Assembly (NCBI GenBank): GCA_900544995.1
Contig: UQXC01000001.1
Location: forward strand, 15,752-79,751
DNA length: 64,000 bases
Reading direction: 5' to 3'
Source: an uncultured Collinsella sp.
Lineage (GTDB): Bacteria; Actinomycetota; Coriobacteriia; Coriobacteriales; Coriobacteriaceae
The position numbers and the translations under genes were made by a program. Positions 39,144 to 49,135 of the stretch are shown in pieces (the first letter of the stretch is position 1; the number at the start of each line of letters is the position of its first letter). Below the pieces are notes generated by a model. That model was not told where the DNA came from, searched no databases, and was given only the letters and a program-made list of their open reading frames with translations.

Positions 39144-40106
39144 CTAGCGGGTGGGGTGCCAGACGTGGAGGGCGCCGGCGAGGATGTCGACCTCGATGCG
39201 CGAGGCGACAACGGGCTCGCCGTCGGCCTGAATGGGGTAGTCGGGCTCCTCAAAGGTGAGCTCGGCATGGCGACAGCGGCGCATGCGAACCGGCGGCAAC
39301 TTGGTATGGTGGCCGTCCTTGGCCGAAAGGAACATAGGCAGGGCAACCGCGCGCGGAACGGGGCCGCAGGCGTAGCAAACGTCGAGGATGCCGTCGCACG
39401 GGTCGGCGTCGGGACAGATGCGATAGCCCGAACCATAGGTGGGCCCCAGCTGGATGGCCATGATAATCGCGCGCACGCGCTCGGCTGGCGCGCCATCAAA
39501 GCTGATGGTCATGGGGTAGTTGCGGTAGCGCAGGCCAAACTGCTCAAGTCCCGATAGGGTGTAGAGCGGAGCGCCAGCGAGGCCCGTCTTTTTGCGCAGC
39601 TCGGTGGTGCCCAGGCCGATGGCGGCGTCAATACCGACGGAGAGCGTCTGGTCGTAATACTCAACGGTAGCCTCGCCGCTGCCGCTCGCAGGGCTCCACG
39701 AGCGAATGCGCCCGATGTCCTGACGCTGCAGCTCGCAGGTGAGCAGCGCGCCAAAATCCTTACCGGAGAAATCATCGATACCGAGCGTCTGGGCAAAATC
39801 GTTGCCGGAGCCCACGGGCAGGACGGCAAGGGCGGGCCGGACCGCCTCTTCTTGCGCCATCAAGCCGTTGACGACCTCGTGGATCACGCCGTCGCCGCCG
39901 AGTGCGATAACGGTACGATAGCCCTGAGCCTGTGCGGCAAGCTCCTTGGCGTGTCCCGTGTGCTCGGTTAGCACCAGATCAAACTGGGATGCGCGCGCGG
40001 TCATGTCCAAAAAGCGCTGCAGGCGCTCAGCGACCTCGCGTGCCGCACCCGACTGGGCGGCTGGGTTGGCGATGATGAGCGTGCGACCAAAATCAGTTCC
40101 GTGCAT
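39144..40106 (-). CDS. Diacylglycerol/lipid kinase family protein (DAGK_cat, YegS/DagK-like).
   Basis: GGDG motif (IALGGDGVIHEVVNG) and overall fold pattern. The start is at MHGTDFG. Confidence 0.75.
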   Translation of the reverse strand: MHGTDFGRTLIIANPAAQSGAAREVAERLQRFLDMTARASQFDLVLTEHTGHAKELAAQAQGYRTVIALGGDGVIHEVVNGLMAQEEAVRPALAVLPVGSGNDFAQTLGIDDFSGKDFGALLTCELQRQDIGRIRSWSPASGSGEATVEYYDQTLSVGIDAAIGLGTTELRKKTGLAGAPLYTLSGLEQFGLRYRNYPMTISFDGAPAERVRAIIMAIQLGPTYGSGYRICPDADPCDGILDVCYACGPVPRAVALPMFLSAKDGHHTKLPPVRMRRCRHAELTFEEPDYPIQADGEPVVASRIEVDILAGALHVWHPTR

Positions 40107-40193
40107 GGGGTGACTCCCGGCGTATGACGTGACGGTGCGGTCTCGCTCGGGTCGAATTGCCCCCGATTGTGGCTGCACGGCGAATACTAACGT

Positions 40194-41615
40194 CTACTCT
40201 ATCAGGTCGTTGTGGCGCTCGATAGCCTCTGCCACCGTGCCGCCCTCGTCCACAATAAGCGAGCGGCGCTTGGGTGAGATGATGCGCTGGGCGGGGTACA
40301 CGCCGCGGTGGCCGCCGGCGAGATAGCTGATAAACGCCACGATCACGAAGAAGCCGGCGGCCGTGCCGTGGAACAGGTCGATGGCCATCATACAGGTGGT
40401 GATGGGCACGTTAAGGCCGGCGCAGAACACGCCGAGCATGCCGAGAGCCGCCAGAAAGCTGGGGTCGATTCCGACGAGGCAGCCGATCCAGCCGCCGAGC
40501 GCCGCACCGATGCCAAACAGAGGCGTGACCTCGCCGCCTTGGAAGCCGGCGCCCAGGGTGAGCGCTGTGACGACCAACTTGATGGCTGCGTCGGCAAGGG
40601 TCGTGTTACCGGCGAACCCGGCGCCCGAGAGCCAGGTGGCAAGGCCGGCATACTTCCAGGCGTCGAGCATCGCGTATGCCGCGAGCACCACGAGCGCGCC
40701 CACGAGTGCGCGAACAAGGTAATTGGTGATAAAGCGACCGTACAGGCTCTTGACGGTTCGAACCGACCAGGCAAAGAGACGTGCCGTCAGACCGAAGATG
40801 ATGGCGCTGATAACAACGATGACAACCGTCCGTGGTGTCATGGCGGGAACGCTGGCGATAACATTCGCCTCGTACTCGGTTCCCAAGGCAAGCGACGTAA
40901 AGTAGCCGGTAAACGAGGCAACCAGACAGTAGATGCCCGCGGTGTAGTCGATCTTGCCGATAAAGCACATTTCCATGCCAAAGAACGCGCCGGCAAGGGG
41001 CGAACCGAATACGGCGCCAAAGGCCGACGAGATACCGGCGAGCATGAGGTCGTGGTGGTCATGCTTTTTGAGGTGGGCGAGGCTCGAGATGTTGCTGGCG
41101 ATGGTGCCGCCAATCTGCACCGCAGCTCCCTCGCGACCGGCCGATCCGCCCGTGAGGTGCGTGAGCGTGGAGCAGACGAAGGTGAGGACGGCCATGCGCA
41201 TATGGATGAGACGTGTGCCCAGAGCGGAGTCGATGACCAGGTTGTTACCTCGTTTGGCGGCAAGGCCGTGGTTCTTGTAGACCCACGCGGTGGCCATGCC
41301 CACAACGGGAAGCAGCGCGTAGATCCACGCATGGTGCTCGCGATAATCGGTCGCGATATTCAGCGAGGCCAAAAACGCCCAAGCGGCAACGCCCATGGCG
41401 AGCGAGACGATGACGACGAGTGCGAGCAACTTGGCGCTCGCGAGTAGGTTGCGGACGTTGCGGCGCGTGTCGGCAGCTAAGAGATGCTCGGAGCGGGTGA
41501 TCTGATGCCTGCCGGCCATGATGACGTCGTTCAGGGAGAAAAAGCCGCCGTCGTCGAGCGGCTGGGAATAATCTTGCGCCTCGTGTGCGCTTTCGGGTTT
41601 GTCGTTATGAGCCAT
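40194..41615 (-). CDS. ClC-family voltage-gated chloride channel/transporter.
   Basis: ClC selectivity motifs GSAGREG, GxFxP-like and GEVTPLFGIGA. The start is at MAHNDKP with an AAGAGGAA SD. Confidence 0.8.
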   Translation of the reverse strand: MAHNDKPESAHEAQDYSQPLDDGGFFSLNDVIMAGRHQITRSEHLLAADTRRNVRNLLASAKLLALVVIVSLAMGVAAWAFLASLNIATDYREHHAWIYALLPVVGMATAWVYKNHGLAAKRGNNLVIDSALGTRLIHMRMAVLTFVCSTLTHLTGGSAGREGAAVQIGGTIASNISSLAHLKKHDHHDLMLAGISSAFGAVFGSPLAGAFFGMEMCFIGKIDYTAGIYCLVASFTGYFTSLALGTEYEANVIASVPAMTPRTVVIVVISAIIFGLTARLFAWSVRTVKSLYGRFITNYLVRALVGALVVLAAYAMLDAWKYAGLATWLSGAGFAGNTTLADAAIKLVVTALTLGAGFQGGEVTPLFGIGAALGGWIGCLVGIDPSFLAALGMLGVFCAGLNVPITTCMMAIDLFHGTAAGFFVIVAFISYLAGGHRGVYPAQRIISPKRRSLIVDEGGTVAEAIERHNDLIE

Positions 41616-41825
41616 ACGTTCCTCTTTTAGGTTGCAACGCAAGCATTATAAAACGCGGTAAACGCGACGAGCCGGTGGGTTGGTTTCCATTCTGTTTCGC
41701 AGCCTGCAGCCGACAGGTGTATTTGCGGGTACAGGCCAAGTCACGGTCACGCGTCGGGGGATTATACTGAGACAAGCATAAAGAATCGGCGCTTCTGTTG
41801 TGCGCCGTGGCATTAAGAGGTACAT

Positions 41826-43088
41826 ATGGCAGAGAAGCTCATTCCGCTGGAGGACGCGCAGTCGATTGTTTTGTCGCATGTTGCTCCGACCGATCTCGTC
41901 GAGATTCCCGTGTGGCAGGCCGCCGGCCTTCCCTTGGCCGAGGACGCGGTGGCCGATATCGACATCTCGCCGTTTGCCAACAGCGCTATGGACGGATATG
42001 CCGTGCGCTCGGCGGACTTGGTGCAGGCGTCTGGTGAGGCGCCGGTGACGCTCGACGTTATCGGACACGAGGCCGCGGGCCATGTGTTTGAGGGCGTAAT
42101 CGGCGCGGGCGAGACGGTTCGCATCATGACGGGCGCGCCGGTACCAGAAGGTGCCGATGCTGTGGTGAAATACGAGATCGTCGAGGTGCTTGACGGCGAT
42201 GGCAACGAGGGCTCACACGTGAGCTTCTCGACGCCTGCCAAGGTGGGGGAGAACGTTCGCTCTGCCGCCGAGGAGGCCCATGCCGGCGATATCGTGATGC
42301 GCGCCGGCGAGGTCGTGGCTCCGGCGGGCGCCGGCCTGCTGGCGAGCGCCGGGTATGCGAGTGTGAAGGTGCATGCCGCGCCGCGTGTGGGCATTATCTC
42401 GCTGGGCACGGAACTGGTCGCGCCGAGTGAGCTGCCGGCGCGCGGGCAGATTCGCGACTCCAACTCATCGGCGTTGATGGCCGAGGCACTCGATGCCGGC
42501 GCCGAGCCCGTGTTCTACAGCATCGCGCCCGACGATGAGCAGGCGATTGCCGAGCTGGTGCATCGTGCCGTGCAGGAGTGCGACTTTGTCATTACGAGCG
42601 GTGGCGCCTCGGCGGGCGATTACGACTACGTGACGGCGCTCGTTCGGCGCGAGGGCGAGGTGCTGTTTGACCGCATCTCGATGCGTCCGGGCAAGGCCAT
42701 CACGTTTGGCTTGCTCGGGGGTAAGCCGTATTTGGGGCTTTCGGGCAATCCCGCGGCGGCGTATGTGGGCTTTGAGATGCTCGCCCGCCCGGCGATTCGC
42801 AAGATGCGCGGCTTTGCCGAGGGTACGCGTCCCGTGCAGCAGGCGATATTGACGCACGGCGTGAAGAAGCGCCAGGACCGACGCTTCTTCGATCGCGCCA
42901 CGGTTTTGCGCGACCCCGAGACCGGTGAGCTGTTGGTGACCGAGGCCAAGACGCAGAATTCGGCGCTGCTCGGCACGATGCAGCGGGCCAACTGCCTGCT
43001 GCGTATTGACGAAGGGCCGTGCGAGCTCAAGGCGGGAGATGTCGTGGACGTCGTGCGCGTCGACCTGCCTGAGGGCACGGTGCTATAG
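41826..43088 (+). CDS. moeA: Molybdopterin molybdotransferase MoeA.
   Basis: MoeA N-terminal, MoCF-binding (SGGASAGDYD) and C-terminal domains. Confidence 0.85.
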   Translation: MAEKLIPLEDAQSIVLSHVAPTDLVEIPVWQAAGLPLAEDAVADIDISPFANSAMDGYAVRSADLVQASGEAPVTLDVIGHEAAGHVFEGVIGAGETVRIMTGAPVPEGADAVVKYEIVEVLDGDGNEGSHVSFSTPAKVGENVRSAAEEAHAGDIVMRAGEVVAPAGAGLLASAGYASVKVHAAPRVGIISLGTELVAPSELPARGQIRDSNSSALMAEALDAGAEPVFYSIAPDDEQAIAELVHRAVQECDFVITSGGASAGDYDYVTALVRREGEVLFDRISMRPGKAITFGLLGGKPYLGLSGNPAAAYVGFEMLARPAIRKMRGFAEGTRPVQQAILTHGVKKRQDRRFFDRATVLRDPETGELLVTEAKTQNSALLGTMQRANCLLRIDEGPCELKAGDVVDVVRVDLPEGTVL

Positions 43089-43098
43089 GAGGAATGCC

Positions 43099-43578
43099 AT
43101 GGAGTTGAAGATTTCGATTGTGACGTGCTCGGATACGCGCGACCTTGCCCAGGACGAGGCTGGAGCCGCACTCGAGGAACTTATCGTGGCGCAGGGCTGG
43201 ACGGTCGCCTCGCATGTGGTCGTGCGCGACGACGTTAGCGAAATCGGTGATGCCATTGTGGAAGCCGCCGATGCGTGCCACGCCAATGTCGTGCTCACCT
43301 GTGGCGGCACGGGGCTTTCGATGCGCGACGTGACACCCGAGGCGACGCGTGCCGTCTGCGACCGCGATGTGCCGGGTATTGCAGAGACAATCCGTGCGTA
43401 CTCCATGACCAAGACGCGCCGCGCCATGCTCTCGCGCGCCGTGTGTATGCAGCGTGGGCATACGCTTGTCATCAACTTTCCGGGATCTACGAAAGCGGCC
43501 CGCGAAAGCTGGGAGGCTGTGAGCGACCAGCTGGAGCATGCGGCCCAAATGACGGCGGGCGGCGGGCACGCCAAATAA
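43099..43578 (+). CDS. Molybdenum cofactor biosynthesis protein, MoaB/MogA family.
   Basis: A ~160-aa MoCF-biosynthesis domain (…VVLTCGGTGLSMRDVTPEAT…). The start is at MELKIS with a TAGGAGG SD. Confidence 0.8.
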   Translation: MELKISIVTCSDTRDLAQDEAGAALEELIVAQGWTVASHVVVRDDVSEIGDAIVEAADACHANVVLTCGGTGLSMRDVTPEATRAVCDRDVPGIAETIRAYSMTKTRRAMLSRAVCMQRGHTLVINFPGSTKAARESWEAVSDQLEHAAQMTAGGGHAK

Positions 43579-43591
43579 GCGCGCTACCTGC

Positions 43592-43627
43592 GGCGGAGCG
43601 ATCTTGCGAGTCGCTCCGCCCTTTTTA
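43592..43627 (+). terminator. Rho-independent terminator after moaB/mogA.
   Basis: ggcggagcgatcttgcgagtcgctccgcc followed by CTTTTTAT. Confidence 0.8.
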
Positions 43628-43783
43628 TGCAGCGGCAGTGTGGGACGTCTCGTGGTTGTCGGTAAAAGAAAATTATCAGGCGAGAGATATTTATCATAAA
43701 CATTATTCGCGCCGAAGTATAATCCTATTACAGAATAAAGCCTGCGGTGAGGTGCCCGGGCATAGCGTTCGAAAGGGTTGAAC

Positions 43784-44656
43784 ATGTTCGATATGGTTTC
43801 TCGCCGCGGATTCGTCTCGCTTTCTGCTGTCGCCGCTGCCGGCCTTGGTCTTGCCGGTTGCTCGGGCAACAAGACGTCCGAGCTGGCCGGATCCGATGCC
43901 GGTTCTGCCAAGGCATCTTCCAAGAAAGCTGTCGAGCTGCAAGTCTTTGCCGCCAACTCGCTCGAGAAGGCCCTGCCCGAGGTTCAGGAGTTCTACACCG
44001 AGCAGACCGGCACCACGTTTGCCGACACGCAGTTTAAGGCGTCTGGCGACCTCGTCGAGCAGATGCGCGCCGGTGCTGCCGTCGACGTGCTCATCACGGC
44101 CTCCAAGGGCACCATGGACGACGCCGAGACCGCCGAGCTCATCGACGCCGATACGCGTGAGGACATGTTTGTCAACGACCTTGTGGTCATTCGCGCCGAG
44201 GACTCCGACACCAAGGTCGAGGCTATCGCCGACGTCGCGAATCTGGACGGCAAGATCGCCGTTGGCGACGCCAAGACCGTTCCCGCTGGCAAGTATGCCA
44301 ACCAGGCCCTGGCCTCCGTGGGCCTCTACACCGGCACCGAGGGTGACGACGGCGAGTATGCTCCCGAGATCGCCGACAAGGTGGCCCTGGCCGATAAGGT
44401 CGGCACCGCTGCGTCTTACGTCTCTACAGGCGACTGCGTGGCCGGTTTTGTCTACAGCTCCGATATCTTCCGCTACGACGGCATCGAGGAAGCCTTCGTG
44501 TGCCCCGAGGATTCGCACAAACCCATCGTGTACCCGGGTGCCGTTGCCGAGAGCTCCGAGCACGCCGACGAGGCCAAGGCGTTCATCGACTTCTGTCTGA
44601 CTAACAAGAAGGCTCAGAAGATTTGGGCTAAGTACGGCTTCGAGCTTTCCGAGTAG
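43784..44656 (+). CDS. modA: Molybdate ABC transporter substrate-binding protein ModA (Tat/lipoprotein signal).
   Basis: SRRGFVSLSAVAAAGLGLAGCSG leader and the ModA family pattern. Confidence 0.8.
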   Translation: MFDMVSRRGFVSLSAVAAAGLGLAGCSGNKTSELAGSDAGSAKASSKKAVELQVFAANSLEKALPEVQEFYTEQTGTTFADTQFKASGDLVEQMRAGAAVDVLITASKGTMDDAETAELIDADTREDMFVNDLVVIRAEDSDTKVEAIADVANLDGKIAVGDAKTVPAGKYANQALASVGLYTGTEGDDGEYAPEIADKVALADKVGTAASYVSTGDCVAGFVYSSDIFRYDGIEEAFVCPEDSHKPIVYPGAVAESSEHADEAKAFIDFCLTNKKAQKIWAKYGFELSE

Positions 44657-44741
44657 TGCGGCTTGGCGCGATAATTCCATCGTTTTGTGTTTCACTCCGT
44701 CCTGTGTTCGCTTGGAGCTTTTCGTGCTTAATAGATTCCGC

Positions 44742-46166
44742 ATGCTTGTCGCCTGTGCTTTGACCTTCGCGCTTTGCTGGGTGCCGGGATTTGCGTTTGC
44801 TGGGGACGCCGAGGACGGGGCCCAGGTTGCTGCGACCGCTCATGGGCTTTCCTATGGAATCGAGGGTTTTGAGCGGTTGGCGAAGGGGACCGCTCGTGCC
44901 ATGGAGGGCCAGCCTGAGGGCTACCGGTTTCCCGTTGACGAGGACGTGGACCTTGTAGTGGCGCCTGCTGCCGATCGCGTTGTGGCGTGGATATCGCCCA
45001 AGGCGGTCGAGAAGTATGGATTGGATCCGCAGGACAACGAGTGCGTATCGGGTCTCAAGGCCCTCGTCTGTGACCTCGACAGCGCAAACTGCATGGGAGG
45101 TGCGCGGCTGGGGGACGTGGATCTTCCTTGGTATGTCACGGCGGAAACAACGTTTGATGCCGGCGGGTATACCTATGGCTTTGATGAGCGCGGTGCGGAT
45201 GGGGACCGCTATGTGGTGATTGCGTCAGCCTCGGGTGATGCCAAGGGCGGAGCGCGTTGGCTTGATAGCGCTCAAATGGTAGAAGCATCGTCTGTCGTGA
45301 TGCGGGATGAGCAGGGGCCCTTGACCTCTCTGGCTTCCTTTTTGGGCGACATCGACTATCGCCCGTTTTGGGTGTCCATTAAAACGTGCGGCCTTGCCCT
45401 GCTGATCTCCTTTGCGCTGGGCCTGTTCGCCGCGTGGAAGACTATGGGTACCTCGAGTCGCATCAAGGGCCTGCTCGATTCGGTCTTTACGATTCCTATG
45501 GTGCTGCCGCCCACGGTCTGCGGCTTTTTGCTCCTCATGCTGTTTGGCCGCTCGACTGGGGTGGGCCGGTGGCTCATCGCGCACGGCATCTCGATCGTCT
45601 TTACCTGGCCCGCGGCGGTCATTTCGGCCGTCGTTGTGTCGTTTCCGCTGGTCTACCGCACGGCGCTCGGAGCCTTCGAGAGCCTCGACACGCAGATGCT
45701 CGATGCGGCGCGAACCCTGGGATGGTCCGAACGTCGCATCTTTGCCAAGCTTATGATGCCGCTCGGCTGGCCCTCGATTGCCGCCGGCACGGTGCTTGCC
45801 TTTGCCCGCGCGATGGGCGAGTTTGGCTGCACCCTGTTCTTTGCGGGCAACTACGCTGGTATTACGCAGACCATTCCCATCGCCATCTACTTTGAGTGGA
45901 TGGGCAGCAACACGTCCGTGGCCCTCTTTTGGGTCGTCGTCGTAATCGCCTTTAGCTTCTTGGTCATCCTGTTTATCAACATGTACACCGCTCATTCGCA
46001 AAAGTATCGCGAGCGGGGCCTTTCCCGTGCGGAGCGTAAACAGGCCAAAGATCTCGCCGGACAGGCCGATTCGCTCGACCCGGCGGGCGGCGATGCCCTG
46101 CGTATCGATCGCGAGGCGCTGGCCGAGCTCATGCGCGATGATGCCGCTTTGCAGGGAGGTCGATAG
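44742..46166 (+). CDS. modB: Molybdate ABC transporter permease ModB fused to a ~200-aa N-terminal secreted domain of unknown function.
   Basis: The C-terminal ~270 aa are typical ModB (…FWVSIKTCGLALLISFALGLFAAW…, EAA-loop region). The N-terminus has a signal peptide (MLVACALTFALCWVPGFAFA) and a Cys-containing soluble domain. An alternative GTG start at 44724 has a GGAG SD. Confidence 0.7.
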   Translation: MLVACALTFALCWVPGFAFAGDAEDGAQVAATAHGLSYGIEGFERLAKGTARAMEGQPEGYRFPVDEDVDLVVAPAADRVVAWISPKAVEKYGLDPQDNECVSGLKALVCDLDSANCMGGARLGDVDLPWYVTAETTFDAGGYTYGFDERGADGDRYVVIASASGDAKGGARWLDSAQMVEASSVVMRDEQGPLTSLASFLGDIDYRPFWVSIKTCGLALLISFALGLFAAWKTMGTSSRIKGLLDSVFTIPMVLPPTVCGFLLLMLFGRSTGVGRWLIAHGISIVFTWPAAVISAVVVSFPLVYRTALGAFESLDTQMLDAARTLGWSERRIFAKLMMPLGWPSIAAGTVLAFARAMGEFGCTLFFAGNYAGITQTIPIAIYFEWMGSNTSVALFWVVVVIAFSFLVILFINMYTAHSQKYRERGLSRAERKQAKDLAGQADSLDPAGGDALRIDREALAELMRDDAALQGGR

Positions 46167-46169
46167 GCC

Positions 46170-47240
46170 ATGTCGCTCGTTCTGGATATCAAAAAGCGCT
46201 ATCCCGGGTTTATGCTCGACATGCAGCTTGAGGCCGGCGAGGAGCGTGTGGCGCTGCTGGGCGCCTCGGGTTGCGGCAAGAGCTGTACGCTGCGCTGCAT
46301 TGCCGGTGTGGAGGCGCCCGACGAGGGCAAGATCGTCGTCAACGGCGTGACCTTTTTTGACTCGGCGGCGGGCATTAACCTGTCGCCTCAGGAGCGAAAA
46401 TGCGCCCTGTTGTTCCAAAACTATCAGTTGTTTCCCAACATGACGGTGGCCGATAACGTATGTGCCGGTGTAAAGGGCGCGGGCGACGCCGCGGCGCGCA
46501 AAAGGCTGGCCGAGCGCTATCTGGGCATTTTCGGTCTGGCTGATTTCGCCGACCGCTATCCCGCGCGCCTCTCGGGCGGCCAGCAGCAGCGCGTGGCGCT
46601 CGCGCGCATGGTGGCGGCGCACCCGGGCATCTTTATGTTCGACGAGCCCATGAGCGCACTCGATTCCTATCTTAAGAGCGCGCTCGAACAGAACATGCTC
46701 GACCTGTTCGATGTATGCAACCGCACCGTGCTCTACGTGAGTCACGATATCGACGAGGCGTGCCGTCTGTGCGAGCGCATCTGCGTGATGCACAACGGGC
46801 ATGTGGAGGAGATCGGCTCCGTCGAGGACGTGGTCCGCCGGCCGCAAACCTTGGCCGCGCTGCGCTTGACGGGCTGCAAGAACACGAGCCGGGCGCGCAA
46901 GATCGGCGACGAAGAAGTTGAAGCCCTCGACTGGGGCATGACCTTTAACGTGGGTCGCGAGGTTCCCGATAATGTGGAGTACCTGGGCATTCGCGCAAGC
47001 TACTTCCATGTTGACAATCGCGCTGAGCGGGGTCGCAACAGCTACGACCTGCACGTGGCGCGCGTGAGCGACTCGCGTTTTGAGCGCCTGGTGCTGTTGG
47101 ATGCGCCGCGGGCCGATGCGCCCACCCGTCTTCAGTGGAAGGTCAACAAGGTGAGCATGCCTGTCGACGAGCTGCCGCAAGCAGGCGAGACGCTGCGCAT
47201 GCATTTTGATGCCAGCAGGATCCATTTGGTTTGTCGATAG
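46170..47240 (+). CDS. modC: Molybdate import ATP-binding protein ModC with a C-terminal TOBE domain.
   Basis: Walker A (GASGCGKS), ABC signature (LSGGQQQR) and a ~120-aa C-terminal extension. Confidence 0.85.
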   Translation: MSLVLDIKKRYPGFMLDMQLEAGEERVALLGASGCGKSCTLRCIAGVEAPDEGKIVVNGVTFFDSAAGINLSPQERKCALLFQNYQLFPNMTVADNVCAGVKGAGDAAARKRLAERYLGIFGLADFADRYPARLSGGQQQRVALARMVAAHPGIFMFDEPMSALDSYLKSALEQNMLDLFDVCNRTVLYVSHDIDEACRLCERICVMHNGHVEEIGSVEDVVRRPQTLAALRLTGCKNTSRARKIGDEEVEALDWGMTFNVGREVPDNVEYLGIRASYFHVDNRAERGRNSYDLHVARVSDSRFERLVLLDAPRADAPTRLQWKVNKVSMPVDELPQAGETLRMHFDASRIHLVCR

Positions 47241-47667
47241 CGCTGGGTAATGCCGTCGGGGTATAAGCCTCGGCGGTTTTGTTTGCCGTTCGCTGAATGA
47301 GAGATGACAAACTCTTATTAATCAAGATAATAATTTATTAAACGACGGCACACGACGCTGTCGTACGAATGTCAACGGTGTTCGCATAGTCGAAGACCGT
47401 TGATATAGTTGACATCAACTTGTAAAGGAGGGTGCGCACATGCCGCAGACGACATACATTTGCCGCGTTGCCGCGCGTGCCCTATATATTGCTCGGAGCC
47501 GCATATGAGCAGGTATGTTCACGGCTCCGGGAGAGACGACGCACAACTAAATAATCGACCGCAAAGCAGGTTCCCTAAAATTCCGGGTTTGAGCACGGTC
47601 GGGCAATCGCCGTCCGTCGTGCATCGATACCGTTGTTATCCGATTTTGGTTCGAGAGGGGAACCGTT

Positions 47668-48951
47668 ATGGCTGATGAATTTGATTTCCATCCGATGTGG
47701 GAGAGCCTCGGCATGAATCTTGCCGACCACGATATGCTGCTGGGCGCCGTGGGCCAGATGTATGGGGACATGTTCCTGTCGCAGAATAACCGTCCCAAGT
47801 CCACGTCCTACCTGGACTTTGTGGCCACCAACATCCATAGCGGCCGCATTAAGGAGATGCTCGACAAGAAGGAGGCCGGCGAGGCCACCAAGATCGTGGG
47901 CTCGTTCTGCGTCTACGTGCCCGAGGAGATCGTACTTGCCTGTGACGGCATCCCCGTGGGCCTGTGCTCGGGTGCCGATTGGGCAACCGATAAGGTCGAG
48001 GAGCACCTGCCGCGCAACACCTGTCCGCTTATCAAGAGCTTTGCCGGCTTTAAGCTGGGCGAGGTCTGCCCCTACATTGAGTCGAGTGACCTGGTGGTGG
48101 GCGAGAACACCTGCGATGGCAAGAAGAAGGCTTATGAGTTTTTTGCCACGCAAAAGAACATGTACGTCATGGATATTCCCAACGTGCACGACGAGTCGAC
48201 GCTCGTGACTTGGAAGGCCGAGGTCAAGAAACTCGCCGCCAAGATCGAGGAAGAGTGCGGCGTCACGATTACGTCTGAGCGTCTGAAGGCCGCCATCCAC
48301 GCCGTCAATGAGAAGCGTCGCGCCCTGCAGCGCCTCGCTGCCACGCGCGCTGCCGACCCTGCACCTATTAGCGGTCTCGACAGCCTGCTGACCGTTCAGG
48401 CCGCCTTTATGGACGACACGCCGCGTCTGACCGGAGCCATCAACGATATGGCGGCTGAGTGCGAGCAGCGTGTCGAGGCCGGCGAGGGCGTGGCGCCCAA
48501 GGGGACCAAGCGCATCCTGTACACCGGCACGCCCATGGCCGTGCCCAACTGGAAGCTGTTCAACCTCATCGAGAAGGCCGGCGGCGTCGTGGTGGGCGAG
48601 GAGTCCTGCACGGGCTCGCGCTACTACAAGGACCTGGTCGATGAGTCCGGCGAGACGGTCGACGAGATGCTTGACGCCATCGCCGAGCGCTACTTTAAGA
48701 TCAACTGCGCCGTCTTTACGCCCAACGACCAGCGCATGAAGGACATCGTCCAGATGACCAAGGACCTGCATGCTGACGGCATCGTCGACGTGGCCCTGCA
48801 GTTCTGCACGCTCTATGAGATGGAGTCGTTTGCCGTGGAGAAGGCCGCCGAGGAGGCAGGCATTCCGTTTATGCACATCACGACCGACTACGCCGGCGAG
48901 GACGCCGGTCAGCTCCAGACCCGCATCGAGGCCTTCCTCGAGACGATTTAG
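47668..48951 (+). CDS. 2-hydroxyacyl-CoA dehydratase (HgdB/BcrB-like) family protein, double-cubane-cluster-protein-like; paralog 1.
   Basis: Cys motifs typical of the HGD-D family (…CVYVPEE…ACDG…, NTCPLIKSF, ENTCDGKKK, …CTGSR…, QFCTLYE). It is 427 aa and standalone, not an HgdA/HgdB pair. Confidence 0.7.
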   Translation: MADEFDFHPMWESLGMNLADHDMLLGAVGQMYGDMFLSQNNRPKSTSYLDFVATNIHSGRIKEMLDKKEAGEATKIVGSFCVYVPEEIVLACDGIPVGLCSGADWATDKVEEHLPRNTCPLIKSFAGFKLGEVCPYIESSDLVVGENTCDGKKKAYEFFATQKNMYVMDIPNVHDESTLVTWKAEVKKLAAKIEEECGVTITSERLKAAIHAVNEKRRALQRLAATRAADPAPISGLDSLLTVQAAFMDDTPRLTGAINDMAAECEQRVEAGEGVAPKGTKRILYTGTPMAVPNWKLFNLIEKAGGVVVGEESCTGSRYYKDLVDESGETVDEMLDAIAERYFKINCAVFTPNDQRMKDIVQMTKDLHADGIVDVALQFCTLYEMESFAVEKAAEEAGIPFMHITTDYAGEDAGQLQTRIEAFLETI

Positions 48952-49135
48952 CCGCACCTGCGCCAAGCTGTGCCGCCGGGTGTTCCTATCTACGCGATAG
49001 GGATTTCTCTGTTGCCACGCCGGCCGGTGTCCGGATGCACCGCAGGGCGCCGATCGGCTTCGCATAGTTGCCGGGGCGGGGATTTCCGCCGTCCCGGCAG
49101 ATTCTATCCGTTTGTTCAGACACGAAAGGAACTCA

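Noticed and set aside
41643-41825. Moco riboswitch upstream of moeA.
   Set aside because: Only a context-based suspicion. The 180-nt divergent promoter region shows no motif I can confidently assign. It is listed only as a low-priority check.
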